Source: Tubiluchus corallicola (Eukaryota > Animalia > Priapulida). Taken from it: a DNA stretch of 64,000 bases. The notes beneath the pieces were generated by a model that was not told the origin of the DNA, did no database searches, and was given only the letters and a program-made list of their open reading frames with translations. Shown here one piece after another: positions 1 through 11,020 of this stretch. Position 1 is the first letter of the stretch; the number at the start of each line of letters is the position of its first letter. Position numbers and translations under genes: made by a program. The stretch spans positions 62,001 through 126,000 of the forward strand of contig JAQGDQ010000443.1 of NCBI GenBank assembly GCA_030141605.1. Reading direction: 5' to 3'.

Positions 1-1295
1 CATTCTGCAATAAAAAAATCTTTATCAAATACCTGATCTTTCAGTTACACACCAGTAGCAAATGGAATGTTAAATTTGAAGCAGCTTTACAAATGTGAAT
101 AACAAATGACCAAAACAAGTACAGAAACATTTCAAAATCTAGAATTAAACCCTTAACATTGATTCAAAGCAAAACATTCAAGTGTTATTATTATAAAGCA
201 AATTCAACAATGCGCCCTTTTTAGCATGTTTTACTCAATCAAAATCTGCGCTTTTGGATATAAATGTATACTCATTTTAAAATTAAGTAATTATTATTGT
301 TAATCAGAAATTGCCTGTGATTTGCTTCTCTATCATGGTTGGCCAATGCTTTGCATTTGGAATTTGACTTCACGCTTGTTTTAATCTCAACTTTATATAA
401 AAATTTATAGAACGTTTCTAAGAAGCACTTCTGCATAATCTTTTACAAACATTTGTATCCTACACTGTTTTTGTTTTGAACTTTTCTATTGTCACTCTTC
501 CTAAAGTAATTTCTCTAACTGTGTCCTTTTACATTTTTCTCTTTTGACACTTTTGAACCAGTGTTATGTGTTGAAATTATAATTTTGTAAACTTGTGTTT
601 TGCGTATTCGCGAATGACACTGAGAGACTTGATGCTGGGTCCTCGCCACCAGAGGTTTGATTAACCGCCTCATTGGTCGATTTGTTGTCTCGTATTTCGG
701 ATGCCAAGTGGTGAACGAAAACGATAACGAAAAACAGACAGAAAAGGATTTGTCAAAATAAATCGCCACTAAACTTGTCCTATGTATTTCGTACTGGTTG
801 TGTCTACGGAACAGCTGCCGTGAAGACAATTCCATATCAGCAGTTTTATACCTGGTATGCAATGGCTTCGTAATGGATCGAACCATCAAAATATAGGGGT
901 AGGGGTGAAAATAAATGACGTTTTGCCGCCGTTACAATACTATTACATCACTTTCGTACTACATTTATATAAATTGGTTTGACCGCAGTTGTTGAACTTT
1001 TCATCCGCAAGAGTTAAATCTAGATGAACTCACTCACACGCAGATTTTTTTCATTTCATTATGTTAGACATCCAGTTTTGCACTGTTTAATTCATGCTAA
1101 CTTGCAATCGCAGATGTGTTCCTGGGCTATTGAAAAGTTGTGATTCTTTTACAGCTCTATATAGGAGCCAAAATGCGTAACAACGAATAGCTCTAAAACC
1201 GTAGCAAGTAGAGTCACGAAACTTGCACGGGAGACTGCTGGATTACGGGCTCTAACATTTGTGACCTTACGCCTCTATGCCGTCCAGAAAGTAGA
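1..1295 (-). mobile_element. Possible highly degraded DNA transposon (Sola1-like transposase relic)
   Basis: Frameshifted minus-strand fragments (HWFKSVKREK, KGHS*, VCKRLC, KGRIVEFAL, FNIPF..KDQ) occur in roughly the order I recall for Sola1 N-terminal motifs; AAATGACGTTTTGCC (913) and TGACCTTACGCC (1262) resemble Sola-type subterminal motifs. Many stops; recall only. Confidence 0.25.
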
Positions 1296-2267
1296 GAACG
1301 TTACTATGCACCACGTGCTTCACAGCAAAACAAAGCAAGACGTATGAAGGACGCTAAACTTTTTGGTTAGCTTATCAATAATCTAATATGACTCTCTTCA
1401 AAGTTTGTTATATTACATCCTATAATTGCCTTCATTACTGATTAATACATAAAGTGGCTACCTACAATAGAGTCAAACATTGAAAATGGCATTATGAAAT
1501 ATTTATATAGGACAGTGAGGATGTAGACGATTCTATGACTCTATGCAAAATTTAGTGAAAGTTGAGAATAAATTATTCTGACAATGATTTGCCTTATACA
1601 ATATTACAATGATGATATCCAATAGCATTACTGATGTTACGAATCATTATTTGCAACAAAATAATGTAGCCTGGAATTACGCTGAAACACTGCGCTTACA
1701 CTAGACAGTAATCAAAATAATTGAATTAGTTTCTAACTATAATCTCATAGTTATCAGCCATTGTGTAGCTTTAAAAATTCCAAAAAGTGAATTTGAGCAG
1801 GTAATTATTGTCGAAGCTAAAAACCGCCTGATTTAGTCAATAGATCAAACGAAGTAAACTGCCTATGCAGTTAAAGAGAACGTACAGAGGTCACTTTCAA
1901 CCTACAATGAACTTCAGCTAATAAAAGATTTACCAGGACTTGAATGTCTTCTGTTACCACTAATGCAGCAATCGGTGAAAGCGCTATAGCTTGTTCTCTT
2001 GATAACATCACTTACATAATTATTCATTTTGTTTATCTACTAGCTGCTCAGTTTTTACTCTACTGGCTTAGCTTTTGGGATATTTTTGCTACAGAACAAA
2101 ATTTTGTGCCAAATAATGATACTGAAATATCGACTTTCAATATCCTGCTTTGCTACCTCTTTGGCTTTAATTCTATGAGGAGAGAAATTTAAAAAAATCG
2201 CTCTAATAAAGATGTTGTTGTTTCCTGCACCTACAGAGCCAGCAGAAAAAAAGTTTCTATATTTCAT

Positions 2268-2528
2268 AAACCAGACCTATATTGCACGAACCAAACCTAA
2301 TGTGCATGAAAAGACCTATATTGCAAGAACCAGATCTATGTTAGATCTACATTCCACGAACCAGACCTGTATTGCACGAACCAGACCTATACTGTAAGAA
2401 CCAGACTGTATTACATGAACAGCCCTATATTGCAAGAACCAGATCTATATTAGATCTACATTGCACGAACCAGACCTATATTACACGAAATAAACCTATG
2501 CTGCACGAAATAGATCTAAGTTGCAAGA
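2268..2528. repeat. ~20-bp minisatellite (AACCAGACCTATATTGCACG-like), about 12 degenerate units
   Basis: Unit visible directly; explains the TYIARTRP repeats in ORF 2212..2397. Confidence 0.9.
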
Positions 2529-2534
2529 GCAGCT

Positions 2535-2670
2535 AAATTAATGTTACAAAAATGAGAACTATGAAATACGAAAAAGTAAATTGCATATCGGCGCAGTGCT
2601 GGCCGAGTGATCACGTTTCGAGTGAATGGCTGGCCTGGGTTCGATACTAGCCTTTCACAATTTCATTCGA
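2535..2670 (+). mobile_element. tRNA-derived Pol III head (SINE-like), possibly related to the tRNA-TIR family
   Basis: A box TGGCCGAGTGA (~2600) and B box GGTTCGATACT (~2638); upstream ATTAATGTTACAAA...GAAAAAGT resembles the left arm of the 27533 element. Confidence 0.55.
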
Positions 2671-2859
2671 CATGGCGATTCTGGCCTTTACTCATTCGGG
2701 CATGCATCACCGGCGAAGGTGTCTCTGCTGGTTCAGTGACGGATACTAGGCAGGCATACACTTATGACATCAAACTTTGGTATTTTGAATGTAACAACGA
2801 ATTAGAATTTTGGTGTTCAGTGTCGTATATCTAGGCTTGCCTTTTGCAGGTCAACATTA

Positions 2860-3215
2860 ATTTGGCTTTAATTTTTCAACGTTGATTTTGAAGTCTTGTA
2901 AATGCACGTGGATGGAGTGTGAATATTTATTTAGTGTGAAAACTGTTTAAGTTAAGGTATGACTGCAGCGCATCTGGCATGTTGTTATTTTTGTGAATTG
3001 ATTTCGTGTGCATTGTCTTCTATATATAAATATGTAAACAACGTGCCCTCTTGTATGTGTGTCTTTGGAGCTGTACGCTCTATTTTAATGTAATTTCAAT
3101 AATTTTAGTCTTAGGTTTTAATGATTAGTCTTAATGTCTTATATATATTTTATTTAGCTTATATGTGTGTTTTTGTATGGATTTTAGTCTGAAATAAATG
3201 TGTGAATTGAATTGT
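2860..3215 (+). mobile_element. 3' UTR/tail relic of a non-LTR retrotransposon
   Basis: T-rich UTR ending TATGGATTTTAGTCTGAAATAAA followed by (GAATT)2. Confidence 0.45.
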
Positions 3216-4429
3216 AGTCACGTAAATTTGTGCTTTCAGTACCATGTGCGATTGTTTTGTGGTTAAAAACCTATAACTATACTAAATAACTCTCCATCTC
3301 GCTTATGCGTTGCTATTATAACTCAGTTAAGATATTGAAAGTCATTAACGATTTTTTTAGAAACAGAGTGAACTTCTGGTACGCACGCAAGAACGTAGAA
3401 TGTACAATCTCCGCACGTTTCCGTACAAACAGCCGCTTGTTAAGAAATCGCAATGATTTTTACTTAGTACCCAGGAAATTGTCCAAAGTGATTGGATAAC
3501 TGAAAAGGTCAGAGCTAACATAAGCGTTGGTTAGTTTCTAAATGAAATTTTCAGTCATCTTGTAGTGACGTCAAGCTTGTCCCCACCAATCAATGACAGC
3601 TATCTCAGCGGAGTGATATTTCAACTAAACGAGTAGCTGCTAATTACAAAGTGGCCATTCTACAAAAATTGTGGTAAACTACCGGTGTCCATATCTTTAT
3701 TATTCGCAAAGTGTGAAGAAGAAACGCTCTTTTTTATCTTTTCTCACGAGGCATCCATTTGTAGCAGTATAACATTATTTCATGTATAAATAAGCCATCA
3801 TAATAGTTTTCGTCTTTGTTGCTGGATCTATTTCGTCACAATCATCATGACCACCACCATCGTCGTCAACATCACTATCACCATCATGACATGAAATTAT
3901 TCGCAGCATCATCGTCATCATCTTACATATTTAATTATAGACAATATAACATATAACATGATAACATGCTTATATATAACTGATAATATAAATTTAATAC
4001 TTGATTTGTAAAAGAATGAGGCTAATATAAGAATTTATTTGTCAATAAGTTATGCATATATAGCAAAATTATTATTTTACATAGCACTTTTCCGTTTCTG
4101 AAATGGCTTTTTATTTACAATTTTTTGAGGTAAAAAATCTCACGTAGTAGTTGAATAATATTTCGTTCTTCCTCAGCCTGCAAGCTTTCGAATATCGCAA
4201 CCCTCTTTGCCGTTACATTTTGACGTAGAAACACCTCAAATTCGCTAATGGCAAAGTGTCATATTTTCTGATTAACTTGCAAATTTAGAGAAAATTTTAA
4301 ACGCGTTTCATTAACAACGGCAATTTTTTGCTGAAGCGTAAAACAGAGAAGTGGCACGTTATACACTATTAGGTTAGTAACTAATTGCCTCAAGCTGTAG
4401 TGAATGTATAGATGAAATCCTTTACTCAA

Positions 4430-4812
4430 AAGACTGTAAACCAAGGACTGCAACAGCACAAACAACAGTAAAACGTTATCAGCTACAATAATAATTATAA
4501 TTATTAAGGAGGCGACTATACGATTGCATGATTGAAACGACTATGGTGATCATGACAATTATAAAAGAATAAACAATATTCAGTATCAATAACAACAAAA
4601 GCAACTGCAGTAGCAGATCACCAAATGCTGGTGGCAACAAATGCAAAGATGGTAGTAGCAGTAACAGCAATAATGGACAACAGTGACATCAAAAAGCAGC
4701 GCCAGCAGCCACATCACCAGTACCATCAGCATCACCACCACCACGCCACTGCCGCCACTGCTGCTACCGCCGCCACCATCACCGCCTAGAGTAGCAGCAG
4801 CAGGAGCAGCAG
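4430..4812. repeat. Degenerate (CAG/CAC/AAC)n low-complexity tract
   Basis: Cryptic trinucleotide periodicity; produces spurious poly-L/A/P ORFs. Confidence 0.8.
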
Positions 4813-5411
4813 GCCTATTGATCGTTGATGGATATGGCGAGACTGGAGCTTCGCTCATTTACAAGAATGTCCATCTAAGATGAGCCACGAGCCCAGGCCA
4901 AGTATCGAACCCACGGCACCCGCAGGTAACGATCATAAAAGATCGGCGGGCAGTTATGCTTTTGGTCAATAATAGATCAGATCTTCTAAAAACCGATTCC
5001 GTTCAAATGAGAAAAGCACTAAAATGTTATATTCAACACAATGTAATTTCTTGTGTTGATTTAGAAAAAGGCAAAAAACAAGTCAGGTGCGACTAAAATG
5101 TGCACAAAAATTACTTGAGCTTAGTCGTTCATTGAATTTCATCCATCTTTTTGTTATTCTGCGAACGAAATCATATTGTCCTAATTGTCACAATTACACG
5201 ATTTAATCATTGCAGAAGCGTCGTTTTCATATTGTAGTGCGATTACAGAAGCATAAATCTTAAACATTTATTGAACAAGGAGAAAAAGTACTGAGATTTG
5301 CGATAGTCCCTGCAAAATCATTTACCAAAACCATTCAGAGTTATTTATATAATTACACAGAAAGATGCGTACAAAAAAGTCTATTAATATTTCAAGACCA
5401 TGCACAAACTA

Positions 5412-5477
5412 CACTGTTTAGTGTAATTAGTCTGCGTGAGACCATTTTTCAACACAGACTAATTACACTAAACAGTG
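5412..5477. repeat. Perfect 23-bp inverted repeat with 20-nt loop
   Basis: CACTGTTTAGTGTAATTAGTCTG (5412-5434) is the exact reverse complement of 5455-5477. Confidence 0.95.
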
Positions 5478-7077
5478 AGGTTAATGAGTAATTAGGTAAA
5501 CAGTTTTAGTACCTCGATATTAGCAGGTCTACTTTCTGCTGTAAAGCCAAAAAATGTTCTTAGCATGCAAACAATAAGCACTTCAGCAACATAATATCAC
5601 AGCAGCCATAGCTGCTGCAATAAGAGAAACAAAGTGTTAGAAGAAACAACGAAAACTATGTTACCGACAAGACTAATAGCAGTGGAAATGTGAAACAACA
5701 AGAACCATAGCAACAGCTGCATTTAGGAACAACAAGAACAACGACAAGACTAGTAGCAGTGAAAACATGACAATGAATAAGAACAACAGTAGCGGCTGCA
5801 GCAGAAGCAAAAAGGATAGCAAAAATTAACAAACTAGAACAGCAATATCCGAAAAAGAAAGGACATTGAACATTAAGAATAACATTAACAACAGGAATAG
5901 CTGTAGAACTAGCACATCAGCTAGCCTGACAGGAGCGGTACCAGTTTTCGTGCTTAAGTTTCGAAATTAAGAAGTTTATGCAACAGCCACCCAAACTCTT
6001 GCAAATATACTTAGCATTACGCTTGCATATTTATGACACGTCTGTGTATCCATAGCAGCAAGAGAAACCAGATTTACGCGCCACTAGGGTCAAATAACTA
6101 CAGACATAATAACGTTCGCTAGACTGTAATGTTGGTTTAATAATCTGTAGAAGGAATAATTTCAGCGATTCTGTGGGATGAGTGCACAGAGCTGCACCAA
6201 GTTATCCATGTATACGCACGTTAAGATTTGTAATAACTGTTTCTACTATTACATAAAACTGCATACATATGCAGCCTGTGTCATTTGGTCCGTAACAAAG
6301 TAGTGTTGCTAATACTCAGATAATGTATCTTTTAAATTTACGTTACGCCAGAAGATGTTCATACTTCATGGAAAATAACCTGTTATATTAACGTAGCATT
6401 TTATAACTAAACATAGTTTTTTACACTTGGACCAATTTAAAAGGACAAGAAAAGGGGTATCTGAAGTAGGTTTCAGAAAAAATCGCCTAAGAATTATATT
6501 ACTTTATAGCAATTTTGTGCGCATATCGTACTCGTGTTGAAAAGATTCTTTGTTTGTTTTCATTTTAAATCTCCTACAATACAATTCCGACCGCACCATT
6601 ACATGACGTCATATACGCACAGCGTAAACCAAGGGAAGAAAAGAAATGTTAAACTACGTTCCAAAAAACGTTTCCATACAAAGTTGTATTACTGCTTGAA
6701 AGACTTATGTAACAAGATACAGTAATGTAAAATTTTACTTAGTTAGTGACATGTGCGCTACGAATGCCCTGATTATTTTTCAAACTTTACTCAGTGTTAT
6801 CTTAACTTGTTTCAGATGACTTGTCGCCGAAATTGCTGGGTCTAACGGTCATCGCGGGAGTTTAAATTTATATATTTTACACAGCGTTACTGCCGACGTA
6901 AGCCCTGTATGCAAAAGGCCTGTATGTAAGTGGTATAAAATTTCAAGACAATTTTTTTAAGCTTTACGTCAGTGAAGGACTTTCTTGTGCTTTAACTCTG
7001 ATAATGTACTAGCGTTGTTAACATTCAAACTATTCGTACACCTCGGTATTTTGCGTAGGCTCTACATATGCAAGCCT

Positions 7078-7458
7078 AATAAGCTATTTCACAGTTCCGT
7101 TGTACGCACGCGCAATTACTGCAGGTCAAAGGTTAAGTGAAGTTCAGCAACGCGTCTTAACTAAAACCGTGACATGACGTAAAGCAAAGCCATATGCGGT
7201 ATCAGGTCAGTAGCTTCAGTTGTTTTACGAGTGATTTACTTAATTATGCATTAGTCTGAGCGTAGAGTGATTTACTGGTAGGATTTTGCTTGGAAACAAG
7301 AAAAAATGAACTAGGTAACGTTCAACCTAGCTGTTAACACTGTTAGTATTAACACAGCATGGGGTGTTGTCAAGTGTTCACAAATGCGTTGTCCGGTTCA
7401 CTTAACCTTTGACTTTTCACGATCATCATCAATCGCTGGAACTATGAAAGTCCTAATT
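7078..7458 (+). mobile_element. MITE family A, copy 1 (~380 bp)
   Basis: Aligns end to end with 58173-58545 and, inverted, with 49966-50356; degenerate AATAAGC..TTCA(C/T)AGTT TIR; internal IR GTCAAAGGTTAAGTGA/TCACTTAACCTTTGAC. Confidence 0.9.
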
Positions 7459-7585
7459 ATGAACTTCTAGGTTGATTTTGCTTACATGCTTTCTTCATGT
7501 CAACACTTAGCACTGCAGATTTTCCAACTTCTTAAAGTAAAAACAAGCACACATAGAAATAATTTGTTTGAAAGCTGAAAGCAGA

Positions 7586-7617
7586 AATGAGAGCTGTAAA
7601 AGCCGAAACGTCCGGTC
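7586..7617 (+). ncRNA. Degenerate minimal hammerhead ribozyme relic (Penelope-like)
   Basis: ATGAGA-GCT-GTAAA-AGC-C-GAAAC-GTC: stem II and GAAAC/GTC present, CTG of the core lost. Confidence 0.35.
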
Positions 7618-8541
7618 ATATTCTTCCCTTTTCACACACAGCTTCCATAATGCGTCTCCAATCAATAACTAGTTAATTGAAAATCTACAAAAAAATCGAC
7701 AAAACCGGATATTAGTTGAGTCACGTGATTCTTAGCAAGGCTCCGTATTTAAGGTTAATACCGAATTAATTATAAATAAAGGCCAAAGAGAATATTATAG
7801 AATGGTTTTTGTGAATTATAGCTGCTGTTTGGCAGGCACGTTAATAGTAAATAGCCTTGGATAAAAGCAGTGTAGGAATTCTTGCGAGGTGGCATAATTA
7901 TTTTGTACAGCCGTTGAATGCATGATGATAATTTTCGTGATAAAACATGGAACCTATAAACTTTGTTGTATGCATGTAGATTGAGAATTTAGGTTGCATT
8001 ATGCATCTATCGGTATGCCAAGTCTGCTGAGAGAAGTCCAAAGATAATAACTAGCGGCTAGTGAGAATTTATGGCTTTTCTCATTCTAAGTTATTCGCAC
8101 TGAAACGCTCTTATTGTCTCGGCGGCATAAGCTATAATATGCCAGTTGCTCTCAAGCTTGCATTACCGGCAAGATTATAAATGACAAAATGATGTATAAA
8201 CTAAGGTATGTCTTACCGAAGATCATTCTGTGTTGCTACATCATTTATGACTAGCTTTATTATGCAGCAACTGTACCCCAAACTGGTTGTTATTCACTAG
8301 CTTTCATTAGAATGTTGATAATTGTATTTATTTCTTCTCTTCTGCTGACTTAAAATAGCAAAAACAGGTGCAAATTACGCGATTACATGCACATTGCAAA
8401 TGCTGCTCCACTAAATATATTACAGTTATTTTTGTAAGTTGATTGGCTAGATATACCTTTTGCAAATTTTTGTGTTTTTCCTGTTTACCTCCATAAAGTG
8501 GATGACTCATGGGGTAAAATAGAATTATTTTGTTAAAACAG

Positions 8542-8607
8542 ATCACAATATTTCGATATCTAATCGAATTGAAAATGATATCCGATTGGATATCGAAATA
8601 TTGTGAT
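8542..8607. repeat. 25-bp inverted repeat (1 mismatch) with 16-nt loop
   Basis: ATCACAATATTTCGATATCTAATCG / CGATTGGATATCGAAATATTGTGAT. Confidence 0.9.
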
Positions 8608-9691
8608 AGATTTAAAAAATAAATCTGCTTCACCTCTTAAGCCGTCTATTTTATTGTGATCAAAGTATAGAGGTGCTATAATGTCTACAAATTTTTTTAG
8701 TTACGTAGCTTATATTGCAATTGAAATTCCCAGGCCTGTAATTATGAACTTCATGTTGTGCTTATCAGACAGTGTGTACTATAAACATGCCACAGACAGT
8801 CAAATTGGTAAAGAAATTCTGCAATTATAACATCTATTTAAAAATTCCCTGTGAAAATCTTTGATCTTTAAAAGTTCGTAAGTGCTGAATGAGTGTGGGA
8901 AGCCATACTGACTGAAAGACAACTCAGGTGAATTGGTCACTTGGTTATAGTGAGGACTGAAAGAGTACTAGTGGATTACTGGCTCAAAGAACTGGAGAGT
9001 GGAGACGAACATAAGGAAAAACCTGCTTTTTATGAGGTCTGCATAATAGGACTACACCTTCCAACAGTAGCTAATACTAGACAATCTTTCACTTTCATTG
9101 TAACAATCGAGCGGTAACTAATGTCACGTCAGTTTTATTTAAAAATATTTTTTTCTATTTGCAGGACTGATGCGTGATTTCCCAAAGGAGCTCTATTATA
9201 AAACGTCAAAGTGACGTTTATACAAGCTAGTTACATTTACGAGTTGTTATAACGAATGACAGGAAATGTTGACTTTGACTTAATATAGCTTTGTGGTTGT
9301 CTCCTGAGATGTGAGGTAGAGGAACACATCTTTATTAAAACAAATAACCCGAGCTTAACGTTTCAGGAAAAATGTATAATGTTCTTTAACTCATATCAGT
9401 TCTGAACATAGAAATAAGCGAGTGTGGCGAATGAGGGCAACTAAGAAAACGGACGAGATAACGCATCATCTGGAGCAAAATACCAGAAAACGTAGTGAAA
9501 TAGATGCCGTGTTTTCATTTGCTTGTAGCAATTATTGAGCGTAGGCCTTACCTACTCGCTTTCGCTAAGTACAATCTCAAACATTAAATGTGACCACTAA
9601 GTCCTCATTACCACCACGATCATTATTTCGCATTATACACACATTCAATATGGCCAGTTTAGTGGCCGTTTTCGATGCTGTCATCATTAAC

Positions 9692-9928
9692 ATCATCACT
9701 CTCACTACGTGTATCCCAGCTCACACTGCAGGTGGGATAACCATTTAACATCCTCGCTCTCACAATGTATGTCCCAACTCACACAGCAGATGGGATTACA
9801 GCTGATATCCTCACTCTCACTACGTGCATACCAGCTCACACTAAAGATGGGATTACAGCTGATATCCTTACTCTCACTACATGCGTCAAGCTCACAACCC
9901 AGATTGTATGATCACTGAAATCCTCACT
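9692..9928. repeat. 57-bp minisatellite, ~4 units
   Basis: ATCCTCACTCTCACTACGTG...GATGGGATTACAGCTGAT repeated in tandem. Confidence 0.9.
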
Positions 9929-10599
9929 ATTTTCGCCGTTCCCACTTACTACAATTTGTGCCAAATGTAGCTTGAAAACAGACACTGACTGCAACTCACT
10001 CTAACTCCAACGTCCAGTTTAATTTTTGGATGCGATCGCTGTCAATACTTTCGTTTTAACACATTACAATCTCTTCATCACCACAGCACTTAGAAGGCTA
10101 GCTAAGCTGTGTAATGTTCGAGACACACTAAAAGGCACACCTTCTGTGTGGTGAATGTCATACAGCACAGATTTGCCGTATGAAAAAAGATGATAGGGTC
10201 TTATAGTTTCTTCAAAACGCTTTCATCTCAGATTATGACGTGAGATGTCAGTATAAGATGTTCTTCAAGCGAAAGACACGTAATAATCTCAAAGCAAAGC
10301 AGAAAGAAGAAGCATCATTTTATCAAGCACTTAAAGTGAAATTACATATACGTTAAACACAAGAAACAAAAGCATGAAAATGGCTGGTCTACCAGCGATG
10401 AGTGTAGAATATTGTATAGTACACATGTTTCATAGTATTGAAAAGTGGCTATTGTGTAAGTCACTGGTGGTGCATATCTTGAAAGTGTACTAACAAAAGT
10501 CGACAACTCAAATAATAATATGGCGGGTTTCCGTAAGATAAAGTTGTTATTCAGTCATGCAGCTAACAAAAATACGAAATTGAAATATTATCACTCATA

Positions 10600-10690
10600 C
10601 TTTCTTTCTCTCTTTCTCTCTCTCTCTCTCTCTCCGTCCCCCCTCTCTCTCTTTCTCTTTCTCTTTCTCTTTCTCTCTCTCTCTGCCCTC
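10600..10690. repeat. (TC)n/pyrimidine microsatellite
   Basis: Seen directly. Confidence 0.95.
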
Positions 10691-10864
10691 TTTTTACGAA
10701 ATTTATTAAAAGACTGAGAATGCTATGAAAGTCATAAAAATGCTGTATAACCAAAAGGTATATTTTTAGTTGTAAATACGGCTAAAATGACTTGCGCACG
10801 AAGATAATTGCGCTGTATTTATTCAGCCTGTTATAAATGTTTGTAAAAACTTATGAGAATAAAA

Positions 10865-11020
<156 letters not shown>

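Noticed and set aside
1385-1900. Fossil LINE endonuclease (ITSYNC, SYQPL-like motifs)
   Set aside because: Motifs are too short and the frames too broken to support a call.
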